53,859 nt of DNA. Source: Candidatus Micrarchaeota archaeon (GTDB lineage Archaea; Micrarchaeota; Micrarchaeia; Norongarragalinales; SBBD01). Below, piece after piece: positions 36,551-44,659 of the stretch (the first letter of the stretch is position 1; every line of letters starts with the position of its first letter). The stretch is taken from positions 1 to 53,859 of the forward strand of contig JBBSVW010000023.1 of the NCBI GenBank assembly GCA_038046605.1. Reading direction: 5' to 3'. A program made the position numbers and the translations under genes. The notes beneath the pieces were generated by a model. That model saw nothing but the letters and a program-made list of their open reading frames with translations, did not search any database and was not told the DNA's origin.

Positions 36551-37903
36551 TCAAGGCAGGCCGTGGATGAATTTGAGCGATTCCTCCGGGTCCAGCAAAA
36601 ACAGGGGCAAAGGCACCTTGTTTTTTCCAATGCTGTCTTTTGTGATGTAAATAACCCCTTCCCGCTCCTTGCCTATAATCCCGTACTTGCTTTCCAGCGA
36701 ATAGGTCTTTTCCCCAATCCTTGCAATGAAATCTATTTCCCCCCCACTTGGGCTTTTCTCGAAATGCACAAACCGCCTAACATCAAAATCATTGCTTCCA
36801 CCCCTTAAGTCAAGATATTGGGATAGGTTGGAAAATATCGACAGTTCTGCAAGCTTGCCCATAGTTTCGGAGGTGAGGTCGGCTACTTGGGCGGAATTCA
36901 GTTTTCTTCCCCGGAATAGCGAAAGCCAATAAAGGAATGGATCGGAAAAATACACCTTCTTGTTCCTCGGATTACCGAAAAGCGCCCGTTTTGCCTTTTC
37001 CAGGTAGCCGATTACGAACATATCTTTTAGGGTTTCACCATAGTTAGCAACGGTTGGATGGGAGGCGTGCTTGGATAGGGCGCTCCACGAGATGTCGTTT
37101 GTTAGGCTGTTTGCAATCCCATCCATGAGATAGGTCGCAAGTTCGGGCGATTTCCTTGCCTTCGATAGCTCGCCATCGATCCATGCAGAATAGACCGAAA
37201 AGAGGTCCTCATCCAGCCTCTTGTTCATTTCAAGCGCGTTTATGGCCCGTATAAACCCCCCGTGAATGAAATATTTGTAAAGAACGGAATTGAGCTCGCG
37301 AAGATTTGCCAGAGCTTCCCTTGGGGATTTTACCCTAATGCCAAATAGTTCCGCAACCTCACGAAAGCTTAAGGGATAGAAACGGTATTTGTTCCTTCCT
37401 TCCGAAAGCCTTCCCGGAAGCCGTTCAGCCTTCTTTAACAGGTTTATTGACGAGGAGCCTGTCAGTATAGCCTGCTTCCCGTCAAAAAACCCCCCATCCA
37501 CCAACGCCTTTATGGATACCTCCCAGTCGGAAATGGCCGTGATTTCATCAATGTAGCAAAATTCGAGCTTGTTTATCGAATCCGCCGTTTTCAAAAAATC
37601 AATTAGCTCGAAACGGTCCCGTACTGTTTCGGCGTTAAGGTACAAAATGCCTTCAGGTTCCTGCTTTTTCAGCTTCTCTATAATCTGAAGCTTGATCCAG
37701 GTGGTTTTGCCAACCTGCCTTGGGCCGTAGAGTATGCTGACCCCCTCCTTGTCGGGAATTATTTTAGGCCTCGAATATACCAGGGGGTATTTTTTCAATT
37801 GCCTTAAATGGCGATCCTCCTCGTGCCACCTTTTGCCCCTCCACCAGGGGTTCTGGGAAATTATGGTTTCAATTTCCATACTGAAACTATTGGAAAGGGG
37901 CAT
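36551..37903 (-). CDS. AAA+ ATPase, COG1373 type (AAA_14 + DUF4143-like)
   Basis: Starts with NPWWRGKRW, then has Walker A GPRQVGKTTW, Walker B CYIDEITAISDWE and ILTGSSS. Confidence 0.8.
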   Translation of the reverse strand: MPLSNSFSMEIETIISQNPWWRGKRWHEEDRHLRQLKKYPLVYSRPKIIPDKEGVSILYGPRQVGKTTWIKLQIIEKLKKQEPEGILYLNAETVRDRFELIDFLKTADSINKLEFCYIDEITAISDWEVSIKALVDGGFFDGKQAILTGSSSINLLKKAERLPGRLSEGRNKYRFYPLSFREVAELFGIRVKSPREALANLRELNSVLYKYFIHGGFIRAINALEMNKRLDEDLFSVYSAWIDGELSKARKSPELATYLMDGIANSLTNDISWSALSKHASHPTVANYGETLKDMFVIGYLEKAKRALFGNPRNKKVYFSDPFLYWLSLFRGRKLNSAQVADLTSETMGKLAELSIFSNLSQYLDLRGGSNDFDVRRFVHFEKSPSGGEIDFIARIGEKTYSLESKYGIIGKEREGVIYITKDSIGKNKVPLPLFLLDPEESLKFIHGLP

Positions 37904-38003
37904 TAATAAGCCTTTTGATTATTGAAACTAGGCTTTCAATAAATGATTAATTATTGATACTACACATACAATAATACACAAAATCACTTCTTTTTTCGGC
38001 ATC

Positions 38004-38183
38004 CTAAACCGCCAAAGGAAGGAAGAAAATCTGCTCGCGTGCACCATCGCCAACAGGTACCTTTGAAACCTGCGCCGGCTTGCCATTTTCCAGGATTACG
38101 CTGATTTTGCCCGATTCCCCCTCTGCGTTTTTCAATGTGATGAAATACTCGCCCTCAATCGGCAGGGCTTCCTGCGGCTATGA
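38004..38183 (-). pseudogene. second short remnant of the surface-protein family
   Basis: Translates IEGEYFITLKNAEGESGKISVILENGKPAQVSKVPV, with an in-frame TAG 8 codons upstream. Positions 38059..38096 are identical over 38 nt to 16693..16730, with roughly 85 percent identity (visual estimate) over about 95 nt. Confidence 0.8.
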
Positions 38184-38323
38184 CAGGTACAAGAGGAGGG
38201 TTTGCTGGTAAGGGGTTCTGATTTTTTTCCTTTTCAAGAGGCGAGCCTTGCCGGCTATGGCGTTAATGCGGATTTGAGCAGATATGTTAACAATTAGGCG
38301 GATTTGTTATTCCTTTATTTTCC

Positions 38324-38569
38324 TTACTTATAGGCGTTCTTCCTATGGACAATGTCCGCGATAAACAGGGTATTTTTCGCCTTATCCAATTTCACGAATA
38401 ACCGGTAATCCCCAATCCGGATTTTGTCGAAAGGAAGATCAGTTAAGCCCTCAATAAATCGCCGGGGATTATTTCCGATCTCAAGTAGTTTTTTGGCAAT
38501 CCGTTCCTTCATTATTTTATCCAGCGAGGCGAATGATTTATCCGCCCGATGGGAAAATTCTAATGGCAT
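38324..38569 (-). CDS. RelE/ParE-family toxin
   Basis: KIRIGDYRLFVKLDKAKNTLFIADIVHRKNAYK is the typical RelE/ParE C-terminal core. Confidence 0.7.
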   Translation of the reverse strand: MPLEFSHRADKSFASLDKIMKERIAKKLLEIGNNPRRFIEGLTDLPFDKIRIGDYRLFVKLDKAKNTLFIADIVHRKNAYK

Positions 38570-38575
38570 ATGGGT

Positions 38576-38824
38576 TCAGCCCGCATCGATGCCGTATTTT
38601 CCAATTATCTTTTCCAACGGGATTGTGCGCCCCTCCTTGATGTCCTTAAGGCCCCGTTTTATCCCTTCTTTGGCTTCCTGCGTGAATTCACCCTCGTCAT
38701 CACCAAGGGATGCATCCTCCATAAGTCTCCCCAAAAGCTCGTCATATGTCTCCCTTCGGTAGAGCCGGAATCCTTCAAGCCTGCGCTTAATTTTGGGGGA
38801 AACACTTATAGTCGAATATGCCAT
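38576..38824 (-). CDS. putative antitoxin of the downstream RelE-like toxin
   Basis: An 82-aa acidic protein ending 6 nt before the toxin start. Assigned by position only. Confidence 0.5.
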   Translation of the reverse strand: MAYSTISVSPKIKRRLEGFRLYRRETYDELLGRLMEDASLGDDEGEFTQEAKEGIKRGLKDIKEGRTIPLEKIIGKYGIDAG

Positions 38825-38919
38825 TGCTAATCACCTAACAAGTAGTTATTATCAATAATGATTAATAATGATCCGGTTATTTAAAAGGGCGGTTCGGATG
38901 GGCGCGGCTCAATTAATGC

Positions 38920-39429
38920 CTATTTCACATTCTCCCCACGATGCACACCGGAATATCCCTCCTTCGTGCTTTCACTTAATTTGTTGAAAATCAGCTGGGT
39001 TACCTTTGCGCCCTTCTTTAGCCGGATGCCATGTTCATTTCCAACAATTATTGCCGTCTCCCCCTTGCCATGGTAGCCGGGATCCCAAAAGCCATGGTGC
39101 ATAATGCAGCCGGAGCGCATGAGGGATGAGCGCAGGATGTTTGTTCCCGCCAGATCAAGGGGGATTTTCACCTCCTCGGTGAACCTGATTTTGTAAATCC
39201 CCATTGGCAAATCCCACCAGCCCTTTGAATCCGTTGCAATCTCCTCAACTTCGCTCATTTTCCTCTCTGAATTGTCGAAATCAAACGCCCCCTGCGAGGT
39301 GAACCTGAAAATCTTCTCAACCGTAAGGTCAAATCCCGCCGGCTGCAGCTGCTCCTTCAAATCGATGTAATTTGAAATAAGCCCATCCTTCAAAATCCGA
39401 TCCTCGATTTCGTGCTTTGAGAGCAGCAT
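38920..39429 (-). CDS. dCTP deaminase/dUTPase-family protein (archaeal Dut-like)
   Basis: QLQPAGFDLTVEKIFRF and the size of 169 aa resemble archaeal dUTPase/dCTP deaminase trimeric family members. Confidence 0.6.
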   Translation of the reverse strand: MLLSKHEIEDRILKDGLISNYIDLKEQLQPAGFDLTVEKIFRFTSQGAFDFDNSERKMSEVEEIATDSKGWWDLPMGIYKIRFTEEVKIPLDLAGTNILRSSLMRSGCIMHHGFWDPGYHGKGETAIIVGNEHGIRLKKGAKVTQLIFNKLSESTKEGYSGVHRGENVK

Positions 39430-39435
39430 AAATTT

Positions 39436-39738
39436 TTACCCCTTTCCGAGTTTATAGGTTTGAGGGGCGGAATTTGCAATCCGCACAATTTTCCCCCTTG
39501 CCTTCAAATCCAGTTTTACCCATTCCAAAAACCATCTAATGGAACCTTTGAATTTTCCTTTTAGCTTTTTTTCCGCAATACCCGCCATTTCAGTATAAGT
39601 TGATGGCTTTTTCCCAACCTCTCCAAGGATTATTTTGCTAAAGGCATCATATGCCGTTTTATCAATGGCAACCCCCTTCCTGCCCAAGGGATGAATCAAA
39701 ATCACTTTTTCCAAACTTTTTGCGGTTGTTTTGCTCAT
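39436..39738 (-). CDS. hypothetical protein
   Basis: A 100-aa basic ORF. It overlaps the upstream epimerase stop by 4 nt. Confidence 0.5.
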   Translation of the reverse strand: MSKTTAKSLEKVILIHPLGRKGVAIDKTAYDAFSKIILGEVGKKPSTYTEMAGIAEKKLKGKFKGSIRWFLEWVKLDLKARGKIVRIANSAPQTYKLGKG

Positions 39739-40637
39739 GAAAAAAGCGCTCCCGAACCATAATACGCCGATATTCCGGTTTCAATTGTGAATTTTGGGGC
39801 AAACCCGATCATCTTTTTCGCATAACTCATGTCGCATTCCGTGTGGTTCTGGTAGGTTTTGGCATAAGGGTTTTCAAAATACTCGATTTGGCGGCTAAAG
39901 GATGAAACCCGCATGATTAGGCCAATTAGCTCATTAAAAGAAGTCGCTTTCCCGCCGGCGCAATTGACAATGCAGCTTTTCCTGGCATTTGCAGCAAGCA
40001 AATTGGCATCCACCACATCCCCAACATAGATGTAATCGCGCTTTTGCTCCCCATCGGTGAAAACTCTTGGGTTCCCCTTTTTGATTTGCTGCGCAAGCTG
40101 GTAAACCATGCTCGCCATTTTTCCTTTATGGCTTTCCCCTTTCCCGTAAACATTGCAGTAGCGCAAACCAACAATCACAATATCTCTATTGCTATCAGCG
40201 AACAATTTGACGAATTCATCAAGTTCAAGTTTTGATTTGCCATAGGCATTTAGGGGCTTGCACTCATCGCTTTCCTTGAATGGGGGCCTGCCTGCGCCAT
40301 AAACCGCAGTTGATGAGGCATAAACGATTCGTTTGCAGCCAGATTCCATTGCCCATTCGAATAATCGTTTTGCCTCATAATAATTTACCCTCATCATTTC
40401 CTTTTCGTCGGTTACTAGGGTGTTTGTGATTGCCGCCTGATGGAAGATCACATCGAATTTGCCTAAATCCGCCCAGTTGATTTCCCCCAAATCGCCAAGA
40501 ATGGTTTTCGAAACCCCTATCGGAAGCGGCTGCTCATTTTTCATCCCGGCTGCAACTACCTCCCAGCCGTCCTTAAGCAGCCTTTCAGTTAGGTTCGATC
40601 CAATAAAGCCGGTTGCTCCGGTGACAAGTGCGCGCAT
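39735..40637 (-). CDS. NAD-dependent sugar-nucleotide epimerase/dehydratase (SDR family)
   Basis: MRALVTGATGFIGSNLTERLLKDGWEVV has the Rossmann GxxGxxG motif, and YGKSK provides the YxxxK catalytic motif. The longest ORF starts at 40685. Confidence 0.85.
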   Translation of the reverse strand: MRALVTGATGFIGSNLTERLLKDGWEVVAAGMKNEQPLPIGVSKTILGDLGEINWADLGKFDVIFHQAAITNTLVTDEKEMMRVNYYEAKRLFEWAMESGCKRIVYASSTAVYGAGRPPFKESDECKPLNAYGKSKLELDEFVKLFADSNRDIVIVGLRYCNVYGKGESHKGKMASMVYQLAQQIKKGNPRVFTDGEQKRDYIYVGDVVDANLLAANARKSCIVNCAGGKATSFNELIGLIMRVSSFSRQIEYFENPYAKTYQNHTECDMSYAKKMIGFAPKFTIETGISAYYGSGALFS

Positions 40638-40834
40638 GCTCAAAATTAGGGAGGGTGATTTTAAAAGAGAGGCTGGCTTTGCCACAAATAGACGCTACCA
40701 AGCCACCCGAAGCTACCTCCCAAATTCCTTTTAAAATAGCACATTCAACCCTAGTATGAGGGGTCATGTTTATGCTACGCAATAGGGAAAACGGCACCAA
40801 AACGGTTATTAATTCAGGATATCTAAAGCTACCT

Positions 40835-41089
40835 ATGGCTAGCCAAGTGAATTTGAAATTTCCAGACAACCTGTTCAAGGCGGCAAAGCGCTATGCCGGC
40901 GAGCACGGATATCGGAACATGCAGGAGCTGATTTACGTGAGCGTTCGGGAGAAGGTGTTTAGGGAAGGCGAATTTGATGAGAGCTTCTCAGAAAAGGAGA
41001 TCGATCTTATTGATAAAATCATAGACACGAGCATACGGAGGAGGCTGCTTGGGGATGAAAAAGACCTGAAAGCGGCGCTATCCAAATGA
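40835..41089 (+). CDS. RHH/CopG-like antitoxin
   Basis: MASQVNLKFPDNLFKAAKRYAGEHGYRNMQELIYVSVREKVF has a strand-helix-helix pattern. It overlaps the downstream toxin gene by 4 nt. Confidence 0.55.
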   Translation: MASQVNLKFPDNLFKAAKRYAGEHGYRNMQELIYVSVREKVFREGEFDESFSEKEIDLIDKIIDTSIRRRLLGDEKDLKAALSK

Positions 41090-41391
41090 GCTTCACAATT
41101 AAACCCACATTTTTCTTCCTTGACCAGGTAAGGCAGCTTAGCGGTCAGTCGCGCCGTTTGATTGGGGAAAAGCTGGAACTCATCAAGCAAAACCCCTACA
41201 GATCCAAATCAATCCATTCGAGGATATTTTCAAGGGTTTTCCGGATACGGCTCGACCTCGATGGAAAAGAATCCCGCCTAATTTATGCGGTAATTGAGCC
41301 GGATATAATTGTCGTTTGCATACTTGAAAGAAAGAACGATTACAGGGATTTGGAAAAGATGCTCCTTAGGGCAATGAGAGGAGAGGGCTAA
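41086..41391 (+). CDS. RelE/ParE-like toxin
   Basis: FRIRLDLDGKESRLIYAVIEPDIIVVCILERKNDY is a RelE/ParE-type C-terminal core. Confidence 0.55.
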   Translation: MSFTIKPTFFFLDQVRQLSGQSRRLIGEKLELIKQNPYRSKSIHSRIFSRVFRIRLDLDGKESRLIYAVIEPDIIVVCILERKNDYRDLEKMLLRAMRGEG

Positions 41392-41433
41392 GGGAGTAAT
41401 TAACAAAAAAACTCGACGTAAATATTCAACAAG

Positions 41434-42201
41434 CTAGACGGCAACCCTTAGAACAGAACCAATCGCATATCCAAGGAGAGCAGCTACTCCCCCAACAAAA
41501 GCCATCTCCAAGCCGGATCTCCAAGGAACGCCCGTTGTCTTTTTCGCCTTGATGTAGCCGGCTATGAAGAGCGCAAGGATGCTTGAAACAGCAGCAAGCC
41601 ACGCAGCATTATGAATTGAAAGAAGCCCTATTTGGGGAATCGCCAGAAAGAAGGGCAATAGGGGGAATATTGAGCCGGAAACTGCGGATATGCCAACTAT
41701 GAAGGCTTCCTTCCTCGCATACCCCAAATCCACCTTTTCAAGGCCCAACTCTTCACGCATCATGACTTCCTTCCATATGTCCTTGTTGCTTGCGATCGTA
41801 TCCACGATTTTTGAAAGCTGCTTTCCCCGGAAACCCTTCTCATGGTAAATTCTAGTGACCTCCTCCCGCTCAATTTCGGGCATCTCCTCGATTTCCTTGA
41901 TTTCCCGCTCCTCTTCCGCCTTGTAATAATCCTCCTCTGCGCGTGCGCTGGTGTAGGCGACGGCAAGCATGGAGATAGATTCGGTGAATGCGGCGGCAAT
42001 TCCGGCGATTAATACGATTCGAGGTTCATAGGTTGCGGAGGCTACTGCCAAAAGCACTCCAAGAACATTTACAACCCCATCCTGCCCCCCAAGGATCACA
42101 GAAGCAATCAAAGCGTTCTTTTTCCTTGTTGCCAGGAACTTCTCATGCTCCTCGAGCCGCTTGCTTTTCTGGAGGGGGGTTTCATCCTTTTTTGTTGGCA
42201 T
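41434..42201 (-). CDS. VIT1/CCC1-family iron/manganese transporter
   Basis: ILGGQDGVVNVLGVLLAVASAT, an acidic cytoplasmic helix region, then the C-terminal TM bundle. ATG MPTKKDE is preferred, and the longest ORF reaches 42300. Confidence 0.7.
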   Translation of the reverse strand: MPTKKDETPLQKSKRLEEHEKFLATRKKNALIASVILGGQDGVVNVLGVLLAVASATYEPRIVLIAGIAAAFTESISMLAVAYTSARAEEDYYKAEEEREIKEIEEMPEIEREEVTRIYHEKGFRGKQLSKIVDTIASNKDIWKEVMMREELGLEKVDLGYARKEAFIVGISAVSGSIFPLLPFFLAIPQIGLLSIHNAAWLAAVSSILALFIAGYIKAKKTTGVPWRSGLEMAFVGGVAALLGYAIGSVLRVAV

Positions 42202-42292
42202 AACGAAATAAATGAGGTTAAAACTATTTTTAAACACTGAAGTTGAAAGCCCCATGCGAGAATAGCAATTGCCTTGAGCCTCAAAAACAACT

Positions 42293-42706
42293 TCACTCAT
42301 TCTTCTCGAAAATCATCTGCTTGTTCTTCTCATCGAAGGTAATCCGGAATTTCTCAAAGAACGGCATCCGGCCAAGAAGGTTATACCTGAATTTATAATC
42401 ACGGGAAAATTCTATTGGGGAATTGAATGATTCGCCTCCGAAATCAACCTCCATATTGAACGCGTAGGTTTTGATTTCTCCGGAGATGCCCTTGATGGTT
42501 TTTACCGCTCCCCGTTCCAAAGGCAAGCCCAGCGCCTCTGCAATTTCGTGCCTGAAAAGCGAATAGTCAGCACCGCTGTCAATGAGGGCATCCGTATTGA
42601 ATGTTTTACCCATTCTTTTCAGTGTTATTTGAACCTTCGGAAAGTACCAATCCTTTCCCTGAAGCTTGAGTTTGGTGTAAGGTACTATAAACTGCGGCAC
42701 GAACAT
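42293..42706 (-). CDS. retropepsin-like (clan AA) aspartic protease
   Basis: ALIDSGADYSLF has the D-S-G-A active-site motif, in a 137-aa single-lobe protein. Confidence 0.65.
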   Translation of the reverse strand: MFVPQFIVPYTKLKLQGKDWYFPKVQITLKRMGKTFNTDALIDSGADYSLFRHEIAEALGLPLERGAVKTIKGISGEIKTYAFNMEVDFGGESFNSPIEFSRDYKFRYNLLGRMPFFEKFRITFDEKNKQMIFEKNE

Positions 42707-42951
42707 CAGTCCCTGAATAATATTACGCCGACATCCTGCTCGGAGGGTATTTGGGTTATAAGCTGCTTAGCGGGATCGACACTTGGCGCCTTAAGCAATT
42801 CCTTGAGCGAAGTTGCAGAAGCAATGATTTTGCCCTCCACCACCGCGACCCATTTCCCCAAATATTTGCTGCTAATATTGCTGTTGGTCGCAAGCCAGAT
42901 GTGCGCATCCATCATTTTGTCCATATTGACCCCAATAGCTATTGCACCCAA
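42706..42951 (-). CDS. small DUF5678-like protein paired with the retropepsin-like protease
   Basis: YLGKWVAVVEGKIIASATSLKELLK is a pattern I recall for DUF5678 (unverified). Its stop overlaps the protease start by 1 nt. Confidence 0.45.
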   Translation of the reverse strand: MGAIAIGVNMDKMMDAHIWLATNSNISSKYLGKWVAVVEGKIIASATSLKELLKAPSVDPAKQLITQIPSEQDVGVILFRD

Positions 42952-43055
42952 AATTATTTAACTTACCTGCGCGTCACGTGATGCACTTTTTAGCTTCAGA
43001 CCAAACAGACGTAGGACGTTCAATCAGTCGGTCAGGACACTAGACCAGAACTTAG

Positions 43056-43201
43056 AGCCCCCGGCGAGAGTCGCACTCGCGGCCTTTTCCTTTTCGATAC
43101 CTTGTCACTTTTTTCTTTGGCGCGGAGCCACCGCACCTTTCTTTTCTAAAGAAAGGGGCAAGGCATACCAAGGAAACGCTCTACTGCTGAGCTACGGAGG
43201 C
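43056..43201 (-). tRNA. tRNA-Thr (anticodon GGU) with a roughly 74-nt intron after position 37
   Basis: The reverse complement reads GCCTCCG TA GCTC AGCAGTA GAGC G TTTCC TTGGTA [intron] A GGAAA AGGCC GCGAG TGCGACT CTCGC CGGGGGC T. All four stems pair (one G-U in the acceptor). The T-loop has G at the normally invariant position 55. Confidence 0.7.
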
Positions 43202-43224
43202 ATGGGAGTAAGGTTTGGAAGCGA

Positions 43225-43290
43225 AAATTTATAATAGAGGCAATTAAAGGGGGAGAGGCGACACGAGTGGGGGATCTAATTCCCCGCAGA
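43225..43290 (-). other. conserved element upstream of the tRNA gene (copy a)
   Basis: On the minus strand it reads GGGGAATTAGATCCCCCACTCGTGTCGCCTCTCCCCCTTTAATT: a G5/C5 hairpin, then CGTGTCGCC, a C-run and TTTAATT. It lies 25-90 nt upstream of tRNA-Thr. Confidence 0.6.
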
Positions 43291-43318
43291 TATATTAAAT
43301 TACCTGCTTTTTGGGAGC

Positions 43319-43573
43319 TTAAATGGCGAGGTAGACGTTTTCCCTCTTGGCAATTCTGTGAACAAGTATCAAGCTTTCTTTCTTACGTATTTCGAAAACG
43401 ATGCGGAATTCGCCAACCCGGATGCTGTGGAAATCGGCAGTCCCTTCCATTTTTTTCGAATCATAGGGATTTAGGGCTAATTTATCCATGGCTGCAACTA
43501 TCCTTTCGCGATGACTAGATTGCAGCTTTTTCGCATCCTTCCTGACTCGTTTTGTGAACTCAACTTTCCACAC
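43319..43573 (-). CDS. relE: RelE-family toxin
   Basis: FHSIRVGEFRIVFEIRKKESLILVHRIAKRENVY is the canonical RelE/ParE core. Confidence 0.75.
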   Translation of the reverse strand: MWKVEFTKRVRKDAKKLQSSHRERIVAAMDKLALNPYDSKKMEGTADFHSIRVGEFRIVFEIRKKESLILVHRIAKRENVYLAI

Positions 43574-43580
43574 TTGCAGG

Positions 43581-43832
43581 TCACTCCAATAGCTCCTTCC
43601 TAACCTTTTCCCAAGGATAGGTTTTCATCTTCCCTGCCTCCACGAGCCTTGCGCTTCTCTTAGCGTACCTTAAATCCTCTTCGTCTTCAAGCTTTTCAAG
43701 CAATGAATATTCCCTATCAAGCATTAAAATACCCATCCGGAGGGCCTCGCTTTTGGACTTGGCAAGCCCCTGCTTGACCGCCTGCCCGAGTATCGCATCA
43801 AGGGTCCCTTCAAAATTCACTACTACGTTCAT
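43581..43832 (-). CDS. antitoxin partner of RelE
   Basis: An 83-aa protein ending 7 nt before the toxin start. KSKSEALRMGILML is RHH-like. Confidence 0.55.
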   Translation of the reverse strand: MNVVVNFEGTLDAILGQAVKQGLAKSKSEALRMGILMLDREYSLLEKLEDEEDLRYAKRSARLVEAGKMKTYPWEKVRKELLE

Positions 43833-44042
43833 GGCATTGCACCGCTATACTTAATTCAATAGTTATGTAAAGTATTATGGTTTCCATTATGAAAGGCATA
43901 ATTAATAAGGGTTTTGGAGGGTTTGTATCATTTTGCTTTTCCCAACGCATTATTCTGGCCTTGCGACATCACAACCATTAAAAAACCGCTTCCGCATATG
44001 AATACTCTTTCAATTTTGAGTTCAATTCAAGGTGTTAGTTTT

Positions 44043-44207
44043 ATGGGCAAGTTTCCAATCGCCGACAAGGCAATCATGGCAATCCTCATCTGCAGGAAGT
44101 GCAAATCGCGAAACCCATTGGGGGCGCAACGCTGCAGGAAGTGCAACTACCCCAATTTACGGCCCAAGAGGCAAAGGAAGAAGGAGGCCAAGGGCGGCGC
44201 TAAGTAA
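44043..44207 (+). CDS. rpl40e: 50S ribosomal protein L40e
   Basis: MGKFPIADKAIMAILICRKCKSRNPLGAQRCRKCNYPNLRPKRQ has the L40e zinc-ribbon pattern C-x2-C...C-x2-C followed by NLRPK. Confidence 0.85.
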   Translation: MGKFPIADKAIMAILICRKCKSRNPLGAQRCRKCNYPNLRPKRQRKKEAKGGAK

Positions 44208-44262
44208 GTGACACCTCTAGGGGGATAATCCCCCTGCACGTGTCGCCGACCACCCCCTTATT
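44207..44262 (+). other. conserved element upstream of the tRNA gene (copy b)
   Basis: GTGACACCTCTAGGGGGATAATCCCCCTGCACGTGTCGCCGACCACCCCCTTATTTT has an outer imperfect stem (GTGACAC/GTGTCGC) and an inner G5/C5 stem. It lies 70-125 nt upstream of tRNA-Leu. Confidence 0.6.
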
Positions 44263-44333
44263 TTCTTTGTTATTTCAAAGGTTTAGCGGATGCCCTATGC
44301 GTTTAAATCCGTCAATTTCCGCATAATATCCAT

Positions 44334-44506
44334 GCAGGGGTTCCAGAGCCTGGTCAAATGGGCGGGACTTAAGGAAACTCTTTTCTTCTAAAGAAAAGAC
44401 TTTCATGAGAAAAGAAGCCTTCGCGAAAAATCTTTGATTTTCCGCTTCGGCGTTTTAGGCCATCCCGTGCTGTAGAGCTTCGTGGGTTCAAATCCCTCCC
44501 CCTGCA
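44334..44506 (+). tRNA. tRNA-Leu (anticodon UAA) with an 88-nt intron after position 37
   Basis: Reads GCAGGGG TT CCAGAGCCTGGTCAAATGG G CGGGA CTTAAG [intron 44374..44461] A TCCCG, a long variable arm, GTGGG TTCAAAT CCCTC CCCCTGC A. The long D-loop and variable arm are typical of type II tRNA. Confidence 0.8.
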
Positions 44507-44659
44507 CTCCTACTGCTTCTGAGTGTGCACCCGAACCGAACATACTCAAATCACCCATTTTCCTCAAGCCAAGACCATGGCGAAGACGAATAAAAAGTCT
44601 GCTCCATTAGGCAAGCGACGGAATAGATTTCGTAGCGGACCAAAATTTCAAACCGTCCG

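Noticed and set aside
37921-37960. An A/T-rich palindrome ATTGAAACTAGGCTTTCAAT, and similarity of TCAATAAATGATTAATTATTGAT to 38853..38875, both just upstream of minus-strand gene starts
   Set aside because: The similarity is short (about 15-17 nt) and in very A/T-rich promoter regions. It may simply reflect TATA/BRE composition and is not strong enough to call an operator.
38059-38153. Possible diversity-generating retroelement template/variable repeat pair (38059..38153 versus 16693..16787)
   Set aside because: The mismatches between the two copies involve all base types (g/t, a/g, c/g, t/c) rather than adenine-specific substitutions. No reverse transcriptase gene is present in the window.
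42968-42988. Recurring CACGTGATGCA-type motif (also near 34826 and 48469)
   Set aside because: There are only two exact 11-mers plus one imperfect copy. Many such chance 11-mer pairs are expected in 54 kb on two strands, and the flanks do not align.
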